Below, in pieces: positions 38,780-50,119 of a stretch of 64,000 bases of DNA. Position numbers and translations under genes: made by a program. The stretch is from Lama glama (Eukaryota): the NCBI GenBank assembly GCA_028534125.1, contig CM052832.1, forward strand, positions 24,616,001 through 24,680,000, read 5' to 3'. Position 1 is the first letter of the stretch. Each line of letters begins with the position of its first letter. The notes under the pieces were generated by a model that had not been told where the DNA came from, did not search any database, and was given only the letters and a program-made list of their open reading frames with translations.

Positions 38780-39100
38780 GCAAGTCTTAAGAGCCTTATA
38801 TTAAAGTGAAACCATTTTCTTAAAAAAAAAAAAAAAGAAAAAAGGAAAAGAAAAAGGCGCGAGTGTTAGTTTTAACAGTGAGGCATGCCTTCCCGGCAGC
38901 TGAGCTCTGACCGCTGACCCAATGCGTGCCTGGCTTCCCGGCACCGGGGGAGCCCCACAGCCCCCAGGTGGCAGGAGAGGAGGAGGAGGCAGCCTGCCAC
39001 CACCTGGAGCAGCTGGAAACTGCCGTAACAGAAGGAGGGAGATGGGAAAGCAGGCGTGCGTGGAAGCTTCCACCAGCCAGATGTCACCTCATGCTCAAGG
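38780..39100 (-). other. GMPR: GMPR 3'UTR (approximate), with a U-rich tract and a candidate variant polyA signal AATATA (38797-38802)
   Basis: Downstream of the stop on the - strand. No canonical AATAAA seen nearby, so the end is inferred. Confidence 0.45.
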
Positions 39101-39281
39101 TTAGCTGAACACGGTGTTGTGCTGTTGGGTCACCCGGATGAACGTCGCCCTCCTGCTGAGCTCTTTGAGTTTGGCGGCCCCCACGTAGGTGCAGGTCGAC
39201 CTCAGTCCCCCGAGAATATCCAGAATAGTGTTCTCCACGTCCCCTTTGTAAGGCACTTCCACAGTCTTGCCCTCAGAGGCT
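39101..39281 (-). CDS. GMPR: GMP reductase 1, last coding exon 9
   Basis: (R)[59 protein letters not shown]. The C-terminus and synteny with ATXN1 indicate GMPR rather than GMPR2. Confidence 0.96.
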
Positions 39282-42200
39282 CTGGAAGAAAAAGGAGGTT
39301 TCTCTTTCAATCTGGTTCTCCTCCCTCAAAAACCCAGCCAGGAGGAGTCCATCTGTAGAACTTGCAGCAGCCCCAGGGCACCAGGCAGCTGAAAGCCATC
39401 TCTGGCCCCACGGCCAGCCCAGCACCACCACCAATGCCAGGCTGATCACGCCAGCATCTCAGGTAAACACGTTCCTCTGCCCAAAATGCACGACCTCGTT
39501 GCTGGCTGCCCAGAGCGCCAGGGAAAGGCAAGTCTCCATCAGCAAAACGAAGAAGTCACAGACCAAAGCCTGTCACCCTGCACAGTGACACTCTCAGCAG
39601 CGTGCCCCATCTCCCCCTTCTGCCTTCACCTATACACCGACCTCCCACTGACCCAGAGCCCCGAATCCCTCTGGACTGGGGAAGAGACCCTTGAAGGACC
39701 CCCACCACCCCTCTCCTACTTGCCCTACCCAGTCTACAGCAGAACAAGCCCAGAGCACCCCCTGCCAGCTCTCCAATGAGACAGTGACTTCAAGGGATGA
39801 CCAAGACAGGGAACGGATGGATAAAACGGACCACGGAAACCTCCACTACTAAGTAGCTCCACATGCCCGGCCCCTTGTCGGGCACACCCCCCCAGCTCAC
39901 CTCCCTGCGTCTGCACAAGTCATTACACCCATCATCGTGGGCGTGGCGTGGGGTCCCTGCAAGGTGGAACCAGGGCAGAACTAGGACGTTCTCCACACCG
40001 GAGGTTTCGGGGCTTTGGTTAGCATCTTTCACATTTTCAGGGGCACATTTAGAAATTCAGAAGGCCGGGCCCATGGCAGGGGCACTAAGCCCTATCTAAC
40101 TGTCCTCGCTGAGCCCTCTTCCCACTCCTCCCAAGGCCACCAAGCGCCACTGCTCGCGTGCACACCAGGTCCCCTTCCGGCAAAATGGAGGCAGGGTCTG
40201 GACTTGCTTCTGGAGGGGCATTCCAAGAAGGACATCTCCAATCGCTGGAAAACTCCAGCCCTTGTCTAAGGGCCAGGCAATCTAGAAATTCTTACAGTTA
40301 ACCAAATTCTGCAGCTTTCCTGAGCTGGTCTCTTCAACTGAAAAAAACAGTATCTCCATCAAAAACTCATTCCCCAGCATTTCAAAAGGATGTTAACTCT
40401 TGTGCACTGAAATCTACACCTGCCAGACTAAATTCAAGTGAAATCCAGCTCCTCAGGCCATCAGTCAGTCCAGTGGCTGGTTTACAGCACCCAGCTCACC
40501 GGCCACCCCTGAAGGGACTTGCATCACTGCTCTCTGAGACCAGAGACCAGCACAGACCCAGGTGCCTGAAAAGATGGCCAGTTCACTGAAGACAGATGTC
40601 TGGGGCTTACTGGACATCACCCAGATCCTCATCATTGCCTATGTGCTAAGGGGTGATGGTACCTTCTGCAAGTCATTTATCATTGATGCTCAAGTCTTCT
40701 CACCTGTAAAATGAAGGTCTCTGATCTGTCTCCCGAGGACAGCGTGAGCACCAAGTGGTTAACGACTGGGAAGGAACCAGCAAAACATACACAACTCTGC
40801 TTTATTTAAATATAAGGTCTAAGCAGGAGAACTGCTCTCAGGAGGGGATCATGGTGGTGAGGAGGAGAGGGTAGGAGGGAGGCAGAATGAGACAGACAGG
40901 GAACACGGACACAGCCTGCAGGGCTCAGGCTGGCTGTGGACTAAGGTACTAATTCCTTCAGCACTTTCCCAAGACTCGAATCCGCACTGAGTCTTGATAC
41001 TCCATATCTTCCATTTTCTGTTTTGTCTAAACCCGGCGGAGATTACAGGAGATGATTTTTCCATCAGCTCCGTGGCTTCTGTTTGTGCCACAGCCTGGTC
41101 CGGCCGTCCCCACCTACTTTGCTTAGAACCCAGAACAGATGCAACAGCTGGTGGGCAGAAAATGGACTCTAGGCAGAGCCCCTGGCTGGCCCGATGGCCC
41201 CACGTGCATAGTGGCAGGGAGGGCCCGTACACAGGCCCTTGACCAGTGACAGTGGCTGCTGGTAAAGCATTAAGTGTCTTGGCCAGGTTGGAACTGAGGC
41301 AGTAACCCCCTTCCTCTGCCCCCTGACAAACTGTACAGCCTCCTCCATCACTTATGGGAGAAAGAGGGCCTTCAGAGGCCTCCTGGGAAGGGGGGTCCCT
41401 CTTGTTCTGCCTGAAGTTTCCAGGATGAAGATGTGAATGCAGGGCCCTGCTCCTCTTCCCTGCAACACCATCCTCACTGAGGTCCCCACCGAGAGAGAAG
41501 AGGGGAGAAATGAGAACTGCAGTCAGTCCACAGAACCCAAGAACAGAACTTTGGTGGGGGACCCCACACCTCCCTCCTGCCGGCCTGGAAATCTCCATGG
41601 AGCTGAGATTTTGACCTCTAGCTTGGTTCAAGCCTTACCCAATGCATCTGAATGCCATGTCCTCAGAGTAAGCTTTTGAGTGTGGTCGGGTATCAGCTGG
41701 GGCGGGGGCTGACCATCCCAGGGCCTGAGGCTTCCTGGGGAAAGGCAACCAGCCCCCTCACAGCGGACATCCTTCTGAGGATGCAGGGCCTCCTGTCCGG
41801 TCTACTTTGCAGAGCTCGTCATCAGTACCAGCTCTGATGAGAAGCAACGGCAGACTCTACGGAGCCAGGCAGGGCAGTGGATGGACCCTGTCCTGACGTT
41901 CTTACACACACACACACACGTGCACCACAGTCACAATGGAAGTGAAACAGGCAAGCAGACGAGAGCACCCCTTCTGTGGAGCGACATTGTTAAACGGCTA
42001 AAAATGCTGCCTGTGTCAACTGTCAGAGCCTGGAGGCAGGTGAGAGTCCTGCAGGAGCTACTGCAGGTGGAGCGTCCAGAAAGGCCTGAGCTCCATGCGG
42101 TGGTCTCGACCACACCAGTCTCAGAGGCAGTGGGAGACCCACTGTTCAACCTGACTCTTGGCGCCTGAACTGGTCCCCGGCTCCACACAGACTATCAGAA

Positions 42201-42522
42201 GGACAAGGCAGTGATGTTCTTGCCCACCCCCTGGAAGTCTGGAAGGTCCCCAGCAGGAGTCCCACCTCCTCACCTACCTCTGGGTTCCAGTCCCGTCTCA
42301 TCCCCAAACACCTCTGTACCACACTGCCCTTCGAGGGCCCCACACACTGCAAAGGCTACCTGGATAAAAATCATGGCTGTTTCGAAAGAGGCAAGACATG
42401 TTTTCTAGCTCCCTCCCAGAGTCTATCCTATAAACAGACTCTTATTTTTTGAGACCTGCTTCCATCCCATTTCCGTAAGAAGCGAGGGGAACGGGACCCC
42501 ACCAGTGACAGCCCCCGCGTAC

Positions 42523-42682
42523 CTGTACTCAGCGACCCCGCCCGCGTGTTTCTTCATCGCTGTCTCGGAGCTCATCCCGTAGAAGAGCTTGAGCTTCTGC
42601 CCGTTCCTCTCGATCACCTCTCCAGCACACTCAGTGTGGCCCGAAAACATCCCTCCCAGCATGACAAAATCTGCTCCAGCTC
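42523..42682 (-). CDS. GMPR: GMP reductase 1, exon 8 (160 nt)
   Basis: (G)[53 protein letters not shown]; tag/gtac boundaries. Confidence 0.96.
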
Positions 42683-43208
42683 CTACAGGCCAACGGTGGT
42701 GGGGGACAAAAGAAAGCAGAGAAAAGAGCTCAGAGACAATCAGCTCTGGAAAAATCCAAGTGCTGCCAACTCAGCCTCCCTCCTCCTGGCCATAGTCAGA
42801 GAAAAACTCAACCACCCCCTTCAGAAAAAAAGTAAGACGCCTCCGTGTACAGGGAGATGGACACTGGACACTTGAGCAACGAATCTGAACACTGCAGAAC
42901 AGCGCTGCTGGAGGCTGGCAGCTAACACGCTAGACAGTTTTTTGTTTTTTTCCTGTGGACAGTCCTTAGTGGTTATGGATGAGCCCTTCTGACCACCTGC
43001 CAGAGGTCTCTCTCAAAATTACAGAAACATTAAGAACTGGGCAGCATCTCAGCATCTCATCCCAACTCATACTTGGTAACTCCTCTGCGTTGTGCCCACC
43101 AGCCATCTGGTCTACCTGAGGTTCTCAGCACTCATACTCCGTAAATATGAAAGGACCACAGGAGAGACAACCACCTGCCACTAAAGCTTGGGCCTGAAGG
43201 ACAGCAGC

Positions 43209-43253
43209 TGTGTGCGTGCGTGCGTGTGTATGTGTGTGTGTGTGTGTGTGTGT
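43209..43253. repeat. Imperfect (TG)n microsatellite
   Basis: Direct reading. Confidence 0.9.
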
Positions 43254-44988
43254 ATAGATATCTATGTACAACCTGCAAAACTCTACTTACACCTCTGCTG
43301 TGGTAAACATTTGACTTGCAGAGTATAAAATACCTCCTATTAATCAGTGAATGACATGGAGCTTCAGGATAGGTACAGGGGAGGCTGCAATACTGAGGCT
43401 GCCTTTGCAGGCTCTGCTGGACCGGGACCAAGAACAGTTGGGACGGCAGAGCTGGCTCACGGCCGTCTCAGTGTTTGTCACAGTGCATGGGCTGCGGCAG
43501 ACAAGGAGTAAGTGGTTGTCAGGAAAGTAAAGTGTCTATTTGTGGAAGACACAGAAATCATCCTGTCTGCGGATAACTGTGCAGAAGCTCTCCACTGACT
43601 AGAAAGGAAGAAATGACCCCAACTTCTCCCCGAGTGAGAGTGAGGGGGGGTTCACAGCGAGAATGCAAGGGTATCAGGGAACTGCGTTAAGTGGTCAGCG
43701 TGCAGGACAAAGGAGCAGACACAGGCCGCCCTGGAACGCGGCCTCGACCGCTTCCTTGCAGTCACTGAAATATTTACAAGGGGACTCAGGGGCGTCCCTT
43801 CCGTTCAGCACTGCAGAAAGGCGGGCTCTGCGGGGCTGGCCCCTGGGCCTGGCAGTCAGGCAAGTGAGGCACGACAGGACCTCTCTACTTGGTGGCAAGC
43901 TCCGCAGACTCTTCCCCTCAGGGTCCCTCACACGAACACTGGCTCCTCGGCCTCCTGCCACGAGGGTAAGAGGGGAGGGGAGGCGTGGTGTCCGGCCAGG
44001 CCTCCTGCTGCCCTCAAGCCCAGGAGCAGCTGTAAACAGCAGGAGCACAGAGCCCAGAGCCACGCAAACGATGCTCTGACATGGCTTCCCATTATTTTCA
44101 TTTCTGAATGCTCTCGTGTCCTTTCCTGACCAGCGTTTTCCCTGACCCGGTCCTCTCCCTCCACTGAGCCTTGGCACAGGCCTGGCTGCACTTCTGGAAG
44201 GGGAGCCGGGGAGGGAAAGCTGCCAGAGCATGGGTCCAAAGGCCACTCTGTGCGGAACACAGTGTGCTCAGTGAGCAGGGAGCCTGAGGTGGAACCCCTG
44301 TCAGTCTTAAGTGCGAGCAGCTCAGAAATCAACAGCAGACGTGCCCTTGGCTGATGAGCCTTCTACTGGGTGAGAAGCACTCACGCAGCAGCAGTCCCAT
44401 GGGGCCCTGCTCTACCCCTGCCTGCGGGACCCTCACCTTGTCGCTTGCCTCTCGGGGCCCCAGTGTCCTGGACATTCTCCAGGGTTGCTATAAAACCCAG
44501 CTGCTAGAACGCTGCCTCAGGTTTCCCTCTGTCACCATCAGTGCTTTAAAAGTAATTTCAAAAACGAACCACTGTCCAGGCCGAAGGCGTTCTCTGGCAT
44601 AGACGGAAACAGAAAAAGTAGTACTAAGCAGGCGTCACCTCACACAGGTAAGGGGTGGAACCACTGGCATCCCTGGGGAATGCCCAAGGCAGAAAGCTTC
44701 CCTCCACTGAAAAACAAATACACCCTCAGCAAACCTGGCCCTGGCATCAGGAAAGGAGGGGGGCGGGGGGGAGTTTTGTTTCTGCCTTTTGCAGGTACGC
44801 ACATCCCCCACCTCACAGTTGGGAGTCCCCGGCTGTGCGGCAGCTCTGACTTCTGACCGTAGTTGACGAAGGTTGAGAGACAGGCACAGGGCAGAGCAGG
44901 CTGAGAGGCTGGACTTCCCAGTGCTTCCTCAAGAAAACACCTGGCTGGGGCCCCGCAGCCCAGCCACACCGACCACAGCCAGACGCTA

Positions 44989-45002
44989 CTGCCCCCTGGT
45001 GG
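44989..45002 (-). promoter_or_regulatory. CTCF core motif (CCACCAGGGGGCAG)
   Basis: Consensus match in GMPR intron 7. Confidence 0.6.
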
Positions 45003-45392
45003 GCAACAGGCTTCTCAGCATCTGGTGAGAATCAGCCGTGGGGACTCCTGTCCCTCCCACAGGATTTCCCCAAGTTAGGCCCCCGAGACCCAGGCTGAAG
45101 TTTCCAGGCATCAGACCGGGTACAGTCCTCTTCCACGTGTGCCCTGAGCCTTCTCAGCTATGACTTCTAGGCCATGACATCACTCCCTCCTGGGCTGCAG
45201 GATGTCACCCTCCATCTACCCCGGGGGCACTCAGTGCGCTCTGCCCCCAACCAGAGCCAAACGGATGCCAGAATTTGGGCCAATGTGGGCGGAAATCCAG
45301 GGAGAGGAAACTCAGGGCGGGCCCTGAACTTCCCGAAGGGTCCCACCTCCTCGGCAGCCCCGCAGGGATCCCCTTCCCCTGCGGCCACTTAC

Positions 45393-45435
45393 CAAAGGCT
45401 TTGGCGACATCTCCTGGACACGTGCAGCCTCCGTC
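45393..45435 (-). CDS. GMPR: GMP reductase 1, exon 7 (43 nt)
   Basis: DGGCTCPGDVAKAF-G; ctgcag/gtaagt boundaries. Confidence 0.95.
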
Positions 45436-47483
45436 CTGCAGAGGAAGGAGCAGAGAGGGTGTCAGCGGGAGCTGGGCCAGGCTGTCCCCCTCCACTGGCG
45501 TGAGTCGCTGATACCCGCTCACCGAGCCCCCAGCCAAGCACACAACCCTCAGAGCTGAGGCCCAACACTCCCCTCAACATGGCACCTTCTGTTCCCCAGG
45601 CCCCCTCCATCCCGTTTCAGGCCAGCACGCCACTGCCTGCCCTCCAGCGGGCATCAATGTGCTGTCTGGGATGCAGGAAGCGGGAGCTGCCAAGCTTGTA
45701 CCCTGCCAGCCCTTGCACACCATGCCCGGCCACTGGCTGTCCCCCTTACTACCATGCAATAGTCACTTCCCCCACTGCCCAATGTGAGGGGATTTATTTA
45801 GAAAGCTGAAGTATTTTAAGAGCTAGAAAGAACACTGAATTCACTCCTTTATATTCCCAGCCATTCCATGTGTCTCCTAGTCACCATCCTGTAAGGTACC
45901 CAGTACCCCGCAAACACGCATTCCTGACACCCACTCTGCCCATCCAGGGCCCCCCTGGCTGGTTCAGGGCCTGGCAGGGCGGCCTGTCATCTTATGCCGC
46001 CAGGCACGGTTCAGCCAGGATAGGGGTGGGGGGGGGGCTGTTATACTTTCAATACCAGGGACCCAGTACAAGGTTACTGGGACGCAGGCCCACTGTGCTT
46101 CTGTACGAGGGAGACAAACAACCAGGCTGCCACCTGTTACTGGCAACGGGCCCCAGTGAGGTCCTAGGAGGAAACCCTCTGCAATCTGAGACACACGTTT
46201 ACTTTCACAAACGAACATGCATAGCTACAGGGAGTTTTTAAGAAAACAATGTGCAAATATTCCAAGGGTTACTTTTGTTTTGCAAGAGTGTTAACATAGA
46301 AAAGGCACCATACTGTGAGTGGTGATTCGATGTGAATTGTCAGCATTACCTCCCCTTCTTAAAAATACCTGCCCTTCCCTAAAAGAAGGGGCCGTAACAG
46401 CAAGTGTGCAGGAGGCAGAGGGATTTCGAATCAAGCACCAACTATGGACCAGGGATTGTTACAAACTTCATTTTCCTATTCAAACACCACAAGAACCTGA
46501 AGCTGATATTTTGTAGGTGGGGGAAAACAAAGAGGGAGACTCAGAAAGGTTGAGTGACTTGCGTAAGGTCACACAGCTATAATAAAGGAGGAACAAGATT
46601 AGAACCTTGGTTGAATAAACTCTAGAAATGTCTAGAAGCATACATATATTAGCAGTGGTTATCTTAATAAGGCATGTCTAGTCATCTTTATTTCCTTTAT
46701 ATTTCTGTCTAGGCTAAATTTATTTGGCTGGGGAATTTTTCAAGCCTCAAACAAAACTAAGTTCTTTGAATGACTTTTTTAGATTCTTCCAACAAATGGT
46801 CTAACGATTCCTAAACTACTACATTAAATCAACAAAATTATAGGAAATTTGCTGATCAATCCTTCCTTCCTTGCAGGGGGTCAGTGGGATGAGAGCCCTC
46901 ATGACTGGGTGTAGACAAGGAGGAGGTTGCGGATTATTCTGAATCCACCTGACCTCTGTGAAGCATGCTCTCTAAGTCTTTATAAAACGCACTGATTAAA
47001 ATGTTGGCCTTGAGTAAACAGACGGTAGTGGTCCTCACCAGAGGACTTTTTTTTTTTTTATCGGTTTTAAGATGCACTACAAAGTCCAAGCCCTTTTTGG
47101 GTATCAGTGGACAGTGAACTCATCTGGTCATTCAAATCCCTCCCTTTTCTCAGGGTTCCCTGGGTACTGACTCTGATCTCTCCACTGGAGGACGTGCTTG
47201 GGGACGCTGTGGGGAAAGGGATGAGCGACAGGCACAGATTAAGCTAAAGTCTGCCACAGCAACGTGGTTGGAAAGGAGCAGACCCAAGACCCTGGCCAAA
47301 TCTGCACTCTTGGTGACTTCAGCAAGCCCTTCACCCTGGAGTTGCCACGTTTTCTAAATGAGGGCAGTCAAGCGGAGGAGTGGGACACTGGAGCTGAACA
47401 GACCTCAGTTTCAGTGACGGCTCTGCCACCCACCAGCAGCGTGGGGCTGAACAAGTTACTTAAGCTTCAGTTTCCTCACCGAG

Positions 47484-47953
47484 TATGGTAGTTAATTTTA
47501 TTGTCATGTTGACTGGGTCACTACTAGATATTTGCTCAATTATTACCCTGAGTGTTTCTTTGAGGGTGTTTGGGGAATGAGATTAACAGGTGAATCGGCA
47601 GACCAAGTAAAGCAGATTGCTCTCCCTAATGTGGGTGGGCCTCGTCCAATCAGTTGAAAGCTTGAACAGAACAAACAGGCTGTGCCTTCCCCAAATGAGA
47701 GAATCCCTCCTGTCTGACTGGCTTTGAACCGACACTGGACACTGACTCCAACTGGAATACCAGTTCTTCTGGCTCTCAGGCTGCCAGACTCAGAGCGGAA
47801 CTCCACCATCAGCTCCTAGGTTCCAGCTTGCCCACACCCTGCAGATCTTGATACTTCTCAACCATCTCATCACATGAACCAATTCCTTATGATAAATCTC
47901 TCTCTCTCCACACACACATATCCTGATTCTGTTTCTCTGGAGAACCTAATATA
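47484..47953 (+). mobile_element. MLT2-family (ERVL) solo LTR
   Basis: ggtagttaattttat...agtaaagcagattgctctccctaatgtgggtgggcctcgtccaatcagttgaa...ttctgtttctctggagaacc. Confidence 0.85.
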
Positions 47954-48759
47954 CTTATCCAACAAAGATAACAGCTATCTTGCCAGGTTGTTCCAAAGAT
48001 TAGAGATGATGTATCTACTGTACCCAGAAGGTGGTAGACGCTCAATGCATGACCGCCATTACTTCCTCTAAAGCTGCTTCCACCTTTAAAATGCTCCCCT
48101 TTGTGTCATGTCCCTAGCAGATGACAAGACAAAATTAACTGGTCACACCTTAATCTTCACCTCCATAGGGGGTGTCCTGAATGTCTCAGCTCTCTGCCTT
48201 CGGAAGCCCACGTTGGCCACAATAAACAGAAACCTGGTTCCACTCTAGCCTCTTGGCAAGCACCTGCTGGAAGACCCCATAGCTTTGACTTCCTTCTGAA
48301 CTTCAGTGGAACAGATGTGCTAATTCAGCAACTCAAGTGTAAAATGAGACAGCTGGAAGGAAATTGGACAAAGTCGCAGCATCTACCCAGTTGATGGGTT
48401 TCCAGTGGGTTTAGGACTCTTGGCAAGTGGGAGGAGCCCGCTTGTGAAACTCCATTAGTAAAAGGACAGTGGGGCGAGCAGCTGCCTTGGGCCCCAAGAC
48501 GCTCGGCTGGTTGGAAGGAATGAGCTGAAGTCAAGGCTGCAGGACTTAAGTAAGTCTGTGAACTTCCCTGGGTCTTCTGGCTACAAAGTGAACTTCTAAC
48601 CCCATCCAGGAAATCTCTCACCATTAATGGAAAAATAACCTCAGAGCATCAGTACCAGAAGCCTGGACTGTCACTGTCGCTAAGTGGCAAATTCAGAGTT
48701 GTTCCCCGAGTGCCAGCAGACGGTCCCGGCTCTGGTCCACGGACCCGGCCTGTGGATGG

Positions 48760-48890
48760 AAGCCAGTGGTTCTCAAACTTGAAAGCACATCTGATTTACC
48801 TGGAAGGCTTGTTAAAAGATTCCTGGGCCTCATCTTCCAAGTTTGATTCAGTAGGTCTGAGATGGGGCCTGAGAACTGAAAATTTAACCT
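48760..48890. mobile_element. MER5A-like MITE
   Basis: ccagtggttctcaaactt...tgattcagtaggtctgagatggggcctgagaa. Confidence 0.65.
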
Positions 48891-49359
48891 CCTGTATTCA
48901 ATATGAGTCCATTGTTATAGGACCATTAAAAATATGCCACTACTTCCGAATTTTAAAATATATATGTATGTCTGTGTCACCCACAAGAGTGGAAGCCATG
49001 GCTCTGTCCAAGCCCGTCCAATTCCACCTGACACGTTCTGTCCTATTCTGAGCATCTCATCTGGAAGGGGAGATGTGCTAACTATTTAAGTGAAGGTCAC
49101 GTTGGTAAAGGTGGAGGAGAATTAGAGATAAATTGAGGATTTTAACCTGGCATTCAGTCCTTAACATTCAGTGTCTGAGTGCTGTGGTGCTGCCCTTCCA
49201 GGAGCTTCCTGAAAGTGTGGTTGAGACCACTGTCTCTGCCTCTCCTCCCCTCCTTCCCCTACATTCCTCAACCCACAAAAATCCACCTTCTGCCCCCAAC
49301 GTGCTACTGAATCTGCTCTCACTACAGTAACCGGTGACGGGCTGGCAGCATCAGACAAC

Positions 49360-49682
49360 CCCTGCAGGTGTGATTAGCCCCAGTGAGGTCACCCTTGAGT
49401 AGGGTGAGCCTCCAATCCCACATGACTGATGTTCTTATAGCAAGGAGAAATCTGGACACAAAGACACGTACATGGTGAGGTGGGGGGCGCCACATGGAAA
49501 CTGGAGTCCCGGGCCACAAGCCAAGGACCCACCAGAAGTGTGGGAGGCCTGAAACTGACTCTTCCCTTGAGGCCTCCTGGCCCTGCTGGCCTGGATCTTG
49601 GACTTCTGGCCTCCAGAACTGTGGGAATATATTTCCCATTGTCAGTCACCCAGCCTAGGGTACTTCATTATGGCAGACTAAG
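49360..49682 (+). mobile_element. MLT1 (MaLR) LTR
   Basis: gaggtcaccc..gagtagggtgagcc...atgactgatgttcttata...ttggacttctggcctccagaactgtg. Confidence 0.8.
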
Positions 49683-49759
49683 GTGTGGGTCCTCATTTTT
49701 GCAAAACTGCCCACCTATCTCCCATTGCACTACCCACCACTGCGAGCTGTTATTGACTA

Positions 49760-50119
<360 letters not shown>

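Noticed and set aside
40849..41631. 260-aa ORF in GMPR intron 8
   Set aside because: Non-ATG start, no recognisable domain, and composition typical of translated GC-rich intron
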